In this document: positions 1 to 12,820 of the stretch, one piece after another
How positions within the stretch are numbered: the first letter of the stretch is position 1
Layout: each line of letters begins with the position of its first letter
Assembly: GCA_951406725.2 (NCBI GenBank)
Contig: OX597814.1
Coordinates: 144,894,001 to 144,958,000 of the forward strand
DNA length: 64,000 nt
From: Octopus vulgaris
Lineage: Eukaryota
Reading direction: 5' to 3'
Translations under genes and position numbers: made by a program
Notes under the pieces: model-generated
What the model was told of the DNA's origin: nothing
The model's database searches: none
Seen by the model: the letters and a program-made list of their open reading frames with translations, nothing else

Positions 1-580
1 TATATATATATATATATACAGAATGCGCATACCTTGCAAAATTTATGCTTTTCCACTAGGTATCTATAATAGTATATGTGTGAGCGAAGAAAAGTATACA
101 GCTTGAATAATATTTGCACACATGCATAATCTCCAGCCAGTAAACGTATACTTTCAGTATACCATTGTAGCTTCATATATTACATACATCAAATATTTCG
201 TTTGTATGCATACAGTTTGCATGTTATAAATCTATTCTTGTTACCCCGTGAATATATTTATCAGCTACTGAGTTCATTAATCCATAAAAAGCCATTGAAT
301 ACAATACCCAAATGCGCTTCGAATCGAACGAATGATGACACTGTGGCAGTTTTATAAGTTTGATTTACTATCTTCTGTATTCCGTTAGTTAGCTCAACGA
401 GTCCCATTCGGCGAGCTTGGCAGTGGCACTAAAGTAGCGTCGGTGAATAACGACCGACCGCTGCCCTATAAAATGCTAAAGGTCGATTTCAGCTGAAGAG
501 TTCAATATTATACAGCAATTAATGCAGCGGAATCAATAAAATGAAATTATTCGAGCATGCATAAATGCATACGAAGTCAT

Positions 581-630
581 ATACACACGTTTTTATACAT
601 AGAATGATGCACATACACACACACGTATGT

Positions 631-676
<46 letters not shown>

Positions 677-689
677 GTATACATATATA

Positions 690-730
<41 letters not shown>

Positions 731-780
731 GTCTGTATACGTGTTTGTGTGCATCATTCTATGTATAAAAACGTGTGTAT
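581..780. repeat. Inverted repeat (33-bp perfect arms) flanking a (TA)n-rich tract
   Basis: 581-613 ATACACACGTTTTTATACATAGAATGATGCACA is the exact reverse complement of 748-780; the spacer is (TA)n-rich. Confidence 0.9.
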
Positions 781-1168
781 ACTTACACACGTGTGCAAAG
801 AAACACAAACATGTATATAAGTATATATGTATGCATATATATGGATGTATGCATATATATATACATATATATGTATGTATGCACATATATATATATATAT
901 GCATGTATGTATGCGTATATATATGCATATATATATGTGTATGCAGATATATGTATATATATATGCAGTATGAAGGAAAAGAAGAAATAAGGTAAAAGAT
1001 AAAGAAGGACAAATAACGACAAAGAAATAAAGAGATAGAATGGAACAAGGAGACAGATGCACGCCACAATGATAAACACAAACACATTCGTACGCACAGG
1101 CACAGACACAGAACCACTTCTACACACACACAAATATATATATATATATGTATATATATAGATATATC

Positions 1169-1227
<59 letters not shown>

Positions 1228-1370
1228 TGAGACAGATAGATAGATAGAGAGTGAGAAGAAGAGAAAGAAAGTCACAAAATAGTCATCGCTCTTTGATTTG
1301 GAACTAGTAACACGTCAGTTAATATATATATATATATATATATCTGTGCACACATACATACGCATGTATA

Positions 1371-1410
<40 letters not shown>

Positions 1411-1607
1411 TACATGCATACATATATATATATACATGCATACATATATATATATATATGTGTACATACAGGCATATATTTATATGCATTCATGCATACA
1501 TACATATATATGCATACATATATATGCATGCATACATATATATATGTATACATACACATATATATGCATACATGCATACATATATATATGAATACATACA
1601 TATATAT

Positions 1608-1814
1608 ATCACCTTGATCACCTTGACCGACCAGTCCGTCGGGCGTCCATTTGACACCGATGGTCACAGCACGGTGTCCACTCTTCTCTCGATCGCGCCT
1701 TTCTCATCCACATGATCCCAATCGTCCTCCTGAAATCGTAACTCCACCGTCGTGGAGGCCTTCCGGGTGGTCGTTTCCGCTCGCGCGGATACCACTCAAC
1801 AACTTCGCAGGTCC
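1608..1814 (-). mobile_element. RTE-clade LINE 3' fragment in a TA/CA microsatellite
   Basis: Minus frame reads [24 protein letters not shown]...[11 protein letters not shown], the typical RTE C-terminus. It ends in a short tandem tail (ATCACCTTG x2 on +). Confidence 0.75.
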
Positions 1815-2016
1815 ACACACACACACACATATATACATATATATGTATGTATACATATATATATGTATACATATATACATTTATATATATATATATATGT
1901 ATACATATGCATACATATATATATATGCATACATACATATATATGCATATATATATACATGCATACATAATACATATATATATATATATACATATGCATG
2001 CATACATATATATATG

Positions 2017-2060
<44 letters not shown>

Positions 2061-2189
2061 TGCATACATATATATATGCATACATATACGGAGAAAATGC
2101 CGTTAAGGACTTTCTCCGGCCTGCCAATGATTCTGCTAGCTCGCTGATTAAATGCGTTAATATTATAAGGAATCGTAAGTAATGGTTCA

Positions 2190-2537
2190 TCCTAGTTTCT
2201 TTTACCTTCTACTTGCTCCACTCATTGGACTGCTGCCTTGCTGGGGTAACACCTTGAAGAGCTTAGTCGAAGAAATCGATTCCAGTACTCAAGTCTAGTA
2301 CTTATTCCATCGGTCTCTCACTAAGTTACGGGGACGTAAACAAACCAAAGTTAGTTTTGAAACGTGAGGACACAAACACATGTAATGGGCTCGTACACAA
2401 TTTCCATCCACTATATTCACTCACAAGGCACTGGCCTTGAGACTATAGAAGATAAGCTCAAGTTGCTGAGCTCCGAAATTGAACCCGAAACCACGTGGTT
2501 GAAAATGAGTTTCTTGACCACACACCCATGCCTGCGA
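2190..2537 (-). mobile_element. tRNA-derived composite SINE (family C)
   Basis: Minus strand begins GCAGGCATGGGTGTGTGGTCAAG...GGTTCAATT (A/B-box-like). Similar segments lie at ~21365-21730, ~49380-49540 and ~51370-51600. Confidence 0.6.
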
Positions 2538-3013
2538 ATACAATATTAATGGATAAGATCAAACAAATTCACACAAATAACATCGAAGCGCAGACACGTG
2601 ATTAAATGTCAATTAAAGAACTTTCAACTACAGATAGGAAAATACCTTTGTTGTAGCCATCGTTGGCTGCTGTTAAACCCTCAGCACTTGATTATAAATA
2701 TAAAAACGTCTAAATGTGATTCTTCGCGTACACTCGATTTGCTAAATGTAACAACAAAATTACGTCCTAGTGTCTGAAGAAAAAAAAGAAGGGTACTTTG
2801 GATAATGTATATTCATAATAATCGATGGCATGGTCACGGCCGGGGTACTTCTGATCATAGAATAGTTTGATCAAGGTTGAATTGAGGCTAAACAATTAGT
2901 ATAGTAGCTTTAACTGACCAAAGCTATCCAGTCTGATCGAGAAGCAAAAATATACATGCAGCTACAGTCAAATGTTTGAAACCAGTTAAAGAATGCATAC
3001 ATGTGTGTCTATG

Positions 3014-3068
<55 letters not shown>

Positions 3069-3103
3069 TTAAAATGTGCACTTGAAAACTATAAAAAAAA
3101 TGA

Positions 3104-3417
3104 TAAACGTCGCCCTTTTCAAGCCTAACCAGGTTCATGGGCCCGGTTTCCTGGTTTCTGTGATGTATCTGTCCCCCCCCCCCAGCTGGACGGGACGCCA
3201 GTCCATTGCAGTGTTACTCAAGAAACAGAAAGACAGAGTGAGAGAAAGTTGTGGCGAAAGAATATAACAGGGGCCACCATTACCCCCTGCCCGAGGCTCG
3301 TGGGGATTTTAGGTGTTTTCGCTCAATAAACACACACAACGCCCGGTCTGGGAATCGAAACCGCGATCTTCTGACCGCAAGTCCGCTGCCCTAACCACTG
3401 GGCCATTGCGCCTCCAT
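3104..3417 (-). mobile_element. tRNA-derived SINE (family B; resembles octopus OR-type SINEs)
   Basis: Minus strand TGGAGGCGCAATGGCCCAGTGGTTAGG...GGTTTCGATTCC contains A and B boxes. The body is shared with 60105-60305 and the head with 7871 and 56252. Confidence 0.75.
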
Positions 3418-3556
3418 ACTTGAAAACTATAGCGAATTAAAATAACGATATGTATAACATTTATAACGTACAAGCATAAAACGGTAATGTTCTCCTAAGA
3501 GACATCGTATGTTAGAAAAACAAGGAACAAATTTTACTTAGAATGATGTCGCCAAA

Positions 3557-3601
3557 TCGTCAGACCGATGTTTCTATCTGATTTAGCCTCTTCAGTGACG
3601 A
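3557..3601 (-). ncRNA. Degenerate minimal type I hammerhead ribozyme motif
   Basis: Minus strand: TCGTCA-CTGAAGA-GGCTAAATCAGATA-GAAAC-ATCG-GTC-TGACGA. Stem I has 6 bp and the core is intact; stem II is weak. Confidence 0.5.
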
Positions 3602-3847
3602 ATATTCTGAGCTAAGTCGGAACGTTCGTTCCAATCTAGAAATCAGTAAACGAAATATTTGCTAATTTGTAAGGCAGCTCGCTAAAATTGAATCAATATT
3701 AAATCAATATACTCACTAGAAACAGAACTGGATTAATTAGGATGTGTTACATTTATAATGCATATACAAAGACAGGGTGAGCTCTGAGAAGATTCTCGGA
3801 GACTAGCGCTGTTTTAAGTTTCTATATACATCAAAAATACATATCGT

Positions 3848-3861
3848 ACACACACACACAT

Positions 3862-3955
<94 letters not shown>
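3848..3955. repeat. (CA)n microsatellite
   Basis: Direct reading. Confidence 0.95.
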
Positions 3956-3956
<1 letters not shown>

Positions 3957-3987
3957 GAGTGGACCAAACGTCACACACCAAAACATT

Positions 3988-4213
3988 TGGTGGAGAACTG
4001 GCAGAATCGTTAGCACGCTGTGCAAAAATACTTTGCGACAATTCTTCCGTCTTTACGTTCTGAGTTCAAATTCCACCAAGGTCGACTTTTGCTTTCATCC
4101 CTTCGAGGTTGAAAAATCAAGTACCAGTTGAGCGCTGGGATCGATGTAATTGACTTGTCTCTCTCCAACAATTTTAGGCCTTTCGCCCATAATAGAAAGT
4201 ATTATTATCATCA

Positions 4214-4288
<75 letters not shown>
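3988..4288 (+). mobile_element. tRNA-derived SINE (family A) with (ATT)n tail
   Basis: A box (TGGCAGAATCG), B box (GTTCAAATT), conserved central block AGGTCGACTTT-GCTTTCATCCC-TTCGAGGT...AAGTACCAG, then (ATT)n at 4201-4288. Confidence 0.85.
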
Positions 4289-4290
<2 letters not shown>

Positions 4291-5664
4291 ATTTTGTTAA
4301 TCATGTACTAGTACGTGGGAATTCATCATTATTTTATTTATTTTATTCAACTTCAGAAAAATTGAAGCATGTCTGATAATTCAAGAGCATTCTGAACTTA
4401 TTTTGTGCATGATTTTTGGACTACCCTTTACGCACACACACACATACACACACACACACACACACACATACACACGCACACACACACATTGGGGATGCAG
4501 ATATGCAGATAAATATACAAACAGCACAACATGTGCATACATGGAAGCATAAAGACAAATAAATCATCGACTGGAAATGGAGACTTGCAGACATGTTGTT
4601 TCATCCTATCTGCCTATATAAGTTATGAGAATTGTTTGGGACAGGTCTGTCTCTTACTAGATTTCCCCGCAACGGACACAGAAAGGTTTCATGATAAACT
4701 GAACAACTTTCACCTTACTTAAGCTGTTTCTACCACAGATTGACGTTGTATTTAAATATATTGTTTCATATATTTCGTCTCAATTTTCCCCCCCTTTTAA
4801 AACATTCTGTTCTATAGAGCTTAACATATTGATTCTTTTATTTTAAACTGTCTTTTTATTTAGTTTATACTTTATTAGTTTTCCATGTCTACTAAATCAT
4901 CTATTATTGCAAAGATATGTACATAGCTGTTAGCTTTAACCTCTAACAAACATTGATACATATGTCTTGAAAACATACTTTTATACACATATATACACAT
5001 GCATAGACAAATCTGTCTATCTCTCTTCCTCTCTCTACACACACATATACGCTAACATAAGTTCATACGGATATACTTACATATGCATACATGAATTCAT
5101 AAATTCATACATATGTGGTAACTATATGAAAACATATGATAACACGAATTGGACAATCAATACACTTTGGTATACTGCTGCTTATAACTCAGAAAGAAAA
5201 CCTACGAGATACCTGCATTGCATGTGTTAATGCAATAACTCAACGTAAACAACTGCGATGGTAAACAAAGATCGAAGAAAACATCAACAGATTTAGATAC
5301 GATCATAAAAGATGAGGTGCATACTAACTTCATAGCGCACTAAAAACAACCAGTGAAAAACTGACAAAACTGTACAGAGATTCTACACCCCAGCTGCATT
5401 ATTCTGTTACTCTTATTATTTTATCTGTTTTAGCCTGCGTGCCGTGACCATGCTGGAGCACCGCCATTAAATATTGAAACGCCTCGGCGAGGAATCGAAC
5501 CCCTGTCTCTCTCCTACTACCGAGGATCGGTTTTATAGAGAAATGAATAACTTCAAAGTAGGAACTAGTAAAGAATAATAAATTCCACTGAAATAAACAG
5601 TTAAGATGATTCTATTTATCTCTGTCTTCTCTTTGATTAATCAAATTAACTGTGAAAAGTAATA

Positions 5665-5857
5665 TTCCTGAAATTTAGCGGGGAGGGGTAAGTCGATGAC
5701 ATCGACCCCAGAGCTATACTGGTACTTATTTCATCGACCCCAGAAAGGATAAAAGGTAACATTGACCTCGATAGAATTTGAACTTAGAACGTAAAGACGG
5801 ACGAAATATCGTTAAGCATTTTGCCCGACGTGCTAACGATTCTGCCAACTCACTGCA
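5665..5857 (-). mobile_element. SINE family A copy
   Basis: Reverse complement of the family A head and central block. Confidence 0.8.
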
Positions 5858-6509
5858 TTATATTCGGAATGTCAAGGTTCGGTTTCAGCATATAATGCTC
5901 AGAAAGGATAAATGTTAACCATTTAGCATTTAAACCAGCTATATCCAGCGAAAATACTCTACATGCTTTATGTTGAAACTCGTTTCACCCAACCTCCAAA
6001 AAGTGAATATTTGAGTCATATTGAAAAATAATGAATATTAAAGGCATACAGAGAAACTATATGCGTGTATATAGTGTGTGTAGCGTAGATAGAAATGTAT
6101 ATATACACTGGTAGAAATGTTCTGTACTGTCGTTGGTAACTGCTGATTATGGAAGTGCTGAGTATCAGAGCTGCTGGTAAAAGGGGATATGACGTGCTCA
6201 CAGTAGTCCTGATGTGAGTACAGCAGTAGCTCTGCCGGCTAAAGACATGATCGCTGAGCTGTTCACTGTTATGTATGGTCGTGTCTGGACCGAGAGTAAA
6301 AGCTGTATGTGATTTTTACAAATTCATAATTCTTCTACTGTAATTTTTACAAATTCACAATTTTTCCATTGCCACGACGACTGTCAGAATCACTATGATT
6401 ACATTGTGTAACACGACTTTTGTCCTTGGATAGCAACTGTTATTTCCTAATTTGCAACCTCTAGAAAGTTTGTAAAATGACTAATATTTTCTTTTAAACT
6501 TTGCTTTTA

Positions 6510-6668
6510 TTTCATTTATTCAAACTCCAAACATGCCCTCTCAGTTCATGGCTATGATGCTCTCCTGCTACTTCTGCTCATGATCAGAGATATTGTCAGC
6601 CACCACAGGACATGCTCAGGCAACTGACAAGCAAATCTGTGGTATTGAGCAGAATATTTGCTATAACG
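6510..6668. repeat. Partial copy of the dispersed repeat at 58655-59210
   Basis: Shares CAACTGACAAGCAAATCTGTGGTATTGA-AGAATATTTGCT and ATGATCAGAGAT with 58940-59103. Confidence 0.7.
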
Positions 6669-7870
6669 ATATTTCTGATTCAGCAACACAGCGCTGGATC
6701 TGTCTGAAATGTAATGGAAAATAGGTAAGTTTCATTGATGTCTAGGTCGCAAAAACAATATTTGAAGAAAATAGTAGTCATTTCCATTGATTTCTAGATA
6801 AAAGCAAATAGTAAGTAACTCTTACGGACCAAAGATAAAATAAATAAATAAATAAATAAGTAAAAATTTTCTTACTGTGTTATTTGTACGTTTGCTGTAT
6901 CGGCCGGTACACTGCGACCTGGTAGTATGTTTGTTGATTGTTTCAACAGGTTAAACCAGACAACCAATGCAAACAATGCCAGTAAGTGAGGTCCTCCTTG
7001 ATATATCTTCTTAACAGAGACGACCGTTAATTTTAGACACTGGTTGGTTAGAAAAGTGATAAGAGCTCAGCTTTTGAAACCAGTTTCTCTGAGGAGATGA
7101 ACGAGATAGCGCACAAGTTGATTGGTTCGAAAAGTAGGGATATGCTGTTGCTGCTTCAAGCTGGTGTCAGCGATTGGTCTAGATAGTGATGACGTAGGTT
7201 AATTTCGGCGTTAGTCTGTCTCAGTATAGACTGAGTCTGTAAATGTGATCAAGTTGTAAATGTGTGGATTTACGTTCACTTCACCGGCACGTCACGAATA
7301 TAACAATATGACAGATCTGCTACAAACTAAAGACGTTGACGAAAATCCTTTTATCAAGGAATTCTACCTAATTGAGTAAGCATTTATCACAACTTTGCCT
7401 CTGAACCTCAGACGATGAGAAAACAAACAAAAGACAATAACAATCCAAATTTGTCTCTCAAAAGAGCACCAAAACAAGGATTTCGATTAGAATGTATCAT
7501 AAGGTACAATCAAGAAAAAAATACAGTATTAAGCACCAAGAGTAAAACTTACATTATCAACTCTAAAACTTACACCTAAGCTGTAGGAAATCTGCACTGA
7601 GGTAAGGCGGATTACCTCAGGCTTAATGAATGAATGCTGTTACAAGACGTTCTAAAGGAAGCCCCTTGCATGTATTTACAATAAATATGAAAAAGCCTTG
7701 AGACTCTTGGACTTATAAGGTCGGATACCCGGTTTCCATGGCGTGTAACTGACTGAGATCATAATCATAACATACACACTGAATGAAACGACGGTTCGTA
7801 GCAGAGTTCAAGACTAGCAATTTTGAAGGGAGAGAACAAATCGATAACATAAAGCCCAGTGGTTGAATGT

Positions 7871-8090
7871 GGAGGCACATGGCTTAGCGGTTAGGGTGTT
7901 GGACTCATGATCGTAAGATTGTTGTTTCGATTCCTGGACAGGGCGACGCATTGTGTTCTTGAGTAAAACACTTCATTCCACGTTGCTACAGTCCACTCAG
8001 CTGGTATAAATGAGTAATCCAGTGCCCCGTCCAAGGAGGAATATATGCTCCACGGAAACCAAGAAACCGGCACTATAAGTCTAAATAACT
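7871..8090 (+). mobile_element. tRNA-derived SINE (family B-related)
   Basis: GGAGGCACATGGCTTAGCGGTTAGGG...GTTTCGATTCC head. Similar copies lie at 56252-56450 (+), 12270-12447 (-) and 11870-12050 (-). Confidence 0.75.
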
Positions 8091-9204
8091 TAAAGGATCT
8101 TAAAAATAACAATACTTGACTGATACTTTGTTTGATCGAACCCCAAAGGGAGTAAAGACAAAGTTGACCTTAGTGGTATTTGAACGTGAAATATAGAGCC
8201 GGAAGAAATATCGCTAAGTATTTTGTTCGATGTGCTAACGATTCTGCCATCTATCAATACCTTGCATATTACTTATTTTATCTTTTTCAGCTAGATGATA
8301 GGCAAAGTCTGTTCCGGTGGAATTCGAATTCAGAACAATGAAAGACAAAACTAAATATATTTAATTTAGCGTTTAACGCAACTTATACAGCTTAAAATAA
8401 CTATATGTCAACTGAAGTACAACAACAATAACAACGACAAAATCGTAATTTTCAAATCATCAAAATCACACACAAAAAAGAAGTAATCAAAAAAGAAAAT
8501 CAACAAAACGTGTTGATTTTTTTTTTCACCACATTTGTCAGAACTAAAAAAAACTTAAAGGAATATTTTTGTTCCAATTATTTCACCTCGATGAATCCAT
8601 TGTGGTAGAAACAGAAGGTGTTGTCTGACGAGAGTGATTACGTAAGAAAAAAATAAAGATTCAATTGAAGACAAGAAGGGAAGCAAAGCGCAGAAATAAT
8701 TTGAATTACCAGTCTTTAGTAAAGGAGTATATTTACACGATGGAACACGCGCACGCTGGTACAAATAATATATAAATATATATACACAAAGAGAAATAAC
8801 TCTCCTGCACAAATACCCACATACATACACGCATACATATATTTATGGATGCATAAGAACTGGCAGATTCGTTAAAGGGTCGGTTTTTGTTCCGTGCTCA
8901 GGATTCAAATACCGCCGAGATCAACTTTGATCCTCATACTTACGTGGTCGATAAATAAAGTACGAGATATGTACTTGGGGTCAATTCTTCTCTCTCTCCC
9001 TCTCCCTCTCTCTCTTTCTTTTTCCTTCTCTATTTCTGTCTCTAGGTTTTAGAAGAAATCACCTGTGCAAGTATGACGACAAGAAGTTATCAGCAAAAAC
9101 ACCAACACAACGTTTTTAAATAAGTGTACGAATGTTTATTGAGGAAATTGCATACTAGCAAAGATATTCAGCGATACCCGGTTTTGTATCAGAATATCTT
9201 GAAA

Positions 9205-11200
9205 AAGGATGTGATTTGAGGGGTAATTGACTGCTATATTTACCATGTCAACCTAAATCTTAGAAGTTTTAATTTCTTGATTCAGATATACATATGGATA
9301 AATATTGATTAGACAGTAGAAGAAAATTCGGTTGCTATTTCTACCATTTTGAGATACCATGAGAAATCTCCCACGCTGGGGGAGATAGGGAATTATTCTT
9401 TACAGTTTAGTCAAAATAGGCAAGGCAGCGTCTAGTAACTTTTTATTTCTTTGCAGGTCTTCTGAATCTCAAGAGATGAAGGAATTTATTCTCAAGCCGA
9501 AGACCTCCCCAAGTGAACATCAATAAAGAAATCCAAGGACCATGTGTTACACAGATCGACTGTTTGGATTTTACTAACCAACGATACAGAATCCATTTAG
9601 TTCGACTCTTTAACAATTCGGCCAAGTCACATCTCTCGATGTGTGTTTCATTTTATCAATCTTGAAAGGATACAGAACAAAGATGACCTTAGTTCGATTA
9701 GAACCTACGGCCCAGACAGCTAGAACAAATTTCACATTGGAGTTTTAACCAACACTTTTGATGTATACATAATACATAAAACAATATAGTAGTGTTTGAA
9801 GGAAATTTCGTTGCTATGCCTATCAGGTCGTGATGTCATGCCGAGAAATCATGTCGAGACTCCGTCGCTGTTTTACACATTCATGAATAATGCAGAATGC
9901 AATTTGAACGTGACTGGACCCCTATTTCTTGTGTGTCATACTACCACATACATGTTTCTATTGTTGGAGCATATATAAGACGTTAGTACTATCCGAGAGA
10001 AATATAGTTTCTAGCAAGCACACAGAAGTCTGCCTCCTTGACTAACAAATGTACAAACATGCACACTTATAAAAGTGTGGAGCATGGTGTGAGGGAGATC
10101 ATGCATAAGGCATTAAGGTGTAGTTTCATTGAATTTTACTGATATTTCAAACAGCTATTGCTCCTCTGTAGAGGCCTCCTTCGTTGGCTCAAACAAACAT
10201 GTGTTCATTCATAAGACAGAATATGTGATTTGAGTGAGATTTAGCAGATATTTCAGTAAGTTCGAAATACATTGTAGACACACCGTTGCATTGTTCGCTC
10301 ATGTATATAAGCCTATGTTATCGCAATACAGCAGTATCGCAACGGCATTAGGGTGCCTTTAGTAAATTAGAAGAGGTGCATCAAGAGAATATATAAAATA
10401 AACTTATAAATATATAAATGTGTGTATGTATGCATGCAAGATGGTAGAGTGCTAATTAAGAGAAAATTGGCTGCTATTTCTAGCAGGCCAGTGAATACAC
10501 AAAGGCACCTTGTTGGCTATTTTATATACATTAAGGTGTGATTTGAAGGTGATTTGGCTCGTAACAGATTATGCTCCCTCAATTAAGTCTCTTTGCTTCG
10601 TTCAAACATATCTACATACGTATATTCAACACTCGAAAAACACTATAACAGAATTTTAGATACACTAATACAATAATATATACTGGAAGTATGCTGCAAC
10701 AGAAAAATAAACTATTATACGTTTTTATATAGATGTTATTGTCTAAACCAGAGTATTGATGTGAAATACAATTACAGATATGTAATTAAAGACACTATGA
10801 GGTGAAAAACACAATGCGTTCCGTCCATCACTTTTCAAAAAACCGCCACCAGCATCATCATTCTTCTCACCTATTTTTATATGAATATTTCTCTCTCTTC
10901 ATGAGCGTCAATTCTTAATCTCTCTCTCTCTCTCGAGCGACAGAGGAGAAAAAGAGAGAAAAGAAAGATAAAAAGTGAATGAAGAAGAAAAAGAGTCTGA
11001 CGTCATATAAATGTACCACCGCAATCATCATTATTATTCTCCCTCTCCGTTGTCTATGTTACTCTCTTCATGTGTGCCCTTCATTCTCTATTACACTCTA
11101 TTTCACTACTATACAGTGGAAAAGAGAGATTGCCACTGCTACCTTAGTTCAACTGTCTTGATAGAGGTTTGAGGGAGAGCTGTCTGCTATTTCTCGACTA
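9205..11200 (+). repeat. Cluster of degenerate ~70-bp dispersed motif copies
   Basis: Repeated GTGATTTGAGGG-GATTTGGCTGCTATTTCTAGCAGG-like motif at ~9210, 9325, 9790, 10222, 10446, 10533 and 11164; also at ~37541, 39020 and 46488. Confidence 0.6.
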
Positions 11201-11213
11201 AATTTAGTTAATA

Positions 11214-11347
11214 TTAGGTTGAGGAAAAAGTTCGTGCGCCGTGTTAAAATAATGGTTTTTATATATTTTTGTTGTGTGTGTGAGTTCATTTAGCTCAGGT
11301 CATGTTCAATGGTGACTCACGGTGCACAAACTTTTTCCCCAATCTAG
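11214..11347. mobile_element. Mariner-type MITE
   Basis: Imperfect ~26-bp TIRs TTAGGTTGAGGAAAAAGTTCGTGCGC / GTGCACAAACTTTTTCCCCAATCTAG, flanked by TA on both sides. Confidence 0.7.
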
Positions 11348-12059
11348 TATGATAACTGTAATTACTACATTTGAGGTATATATTTTGTACATTATATAGA
11401 CATGCAAAGATATATACCATCATGCATGTATATATATATATGAGTAATTGTAGATAACTATATAATCTATACCAATGCGCAGCACCTTAGGCAAGTGTTC
11501 CCTACTATAGCTCCTGGCCTACCTAAGCCTTGTGAATTTAGTTGATGGAAACTGAAAATAAGTCAATAGTGTGTGTTATAATGTGCTTGAAACAAAGTAA
11601 TGTAAATGATAAAAATATGTGAGTATATGTGCATCAACACACACATGCACACACATACACACATATATTGTCATATATGTGTATATTGTCATATATATGT
11701 ATATGTGCAAGGTGGGGAGTGTGCACAAAGAACCAGCCGTCATGAACGAAAAAGCATTGCTTGATAACATGTACTATACTTCCGCTAATGTTTTAGGTGT
11801 CTGTGTAGTTACGAGCAGACATAAGGACCATCTTTGTTCTTCCATCATTTGACCCAATGGCACATTCAGGATGTGACAGCTTGCAGGACAGAAAGCTACA
11901 TCAGAACTAGTTTGGTACTCATTTTCAGTTGAGTAAGGTGAGGCAATGTAGAATTAAGTACCTTACTCAAGGACACAAGTCTAAGAATGGAAACCACGAG
12001 ATTATAATCGCAAGTTGAACACCCTAATTATTAGGGCATGTTTCTTCACAAATGTGCGC

Positions 12060-12110
<51 letters not shown>

Positions 12111-12684
12111 TGTGTGTGTGTGTGTGTGTGTAAATCTGCAGCCATCACTCGCAAACGATTATAACCTGGTAGAATCTAACATCCTTTCTTTAATTGATTT
12201 TGGTGCCTATCTAGTCGTGGCAAGACCTAGAAACCAACTCTGTCTTCCTAGCCACGGACACATGAAAAACGTTGAATATGTGATAAGATGGTTGCGACAC
12301 CACTCGGCGAGTACTCATTCTCAGTTGAGTGGATCAACGTGAAATTAAGTATCTTACTCAAGAACACAATACACTGCCTGGTCCAGGATTCGAAGACATG
12401 ACCGTATAATCGAGAGCTCCATACCCTAACTACTAAACCACACGTCATAAGAAAGAATAAAAACGTTGCTTGACCTTATTAAAAAATTAGGTTGTTGAGA
12501 CTTCACTGGAAACTTCGAAATACGAAATATTTATTCTTTCATTCAGAAGACCAGTATTCTATTGATTTGGTTAGTGGCAATATGCATTGTTTCTATTAGA
12601 AAAATATCCATTATAAGGTTTGAAGTGTATCTTACCTTTATTCTTCTTTTATAGTTTGTAGGTCACTGATAATAGGAAAATATG

Positions 12685-12687
<3 letters not shown>

Positions 12688-12754
<67 letters not shown>

Positions 12755-12755
12755 A

Positions 12756-12791
<36 letters not shown>

Positions 12792-12820
12792 TGAGGGAGA
12801 GAGAGAGAGCGAGAGAGAAG
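12688..12820. repeat. (GA)n microsatellite
   Basis: Direct reading. Confidence 0.95.

Noticed and set aside
380-500. CpG-richer patch with TATAAAA (467) and CTGAAGA (493)
   Set aside because: No downstream gene evidence, and no GAAA/stem architecture for a hammerhead.
3340-3417. tRNA gene calls for SINE heads
   Set aside because: A/B boxes are present but run into SINE bodies; I could not build a clean cloverleaf with acceptor stem and terminator.
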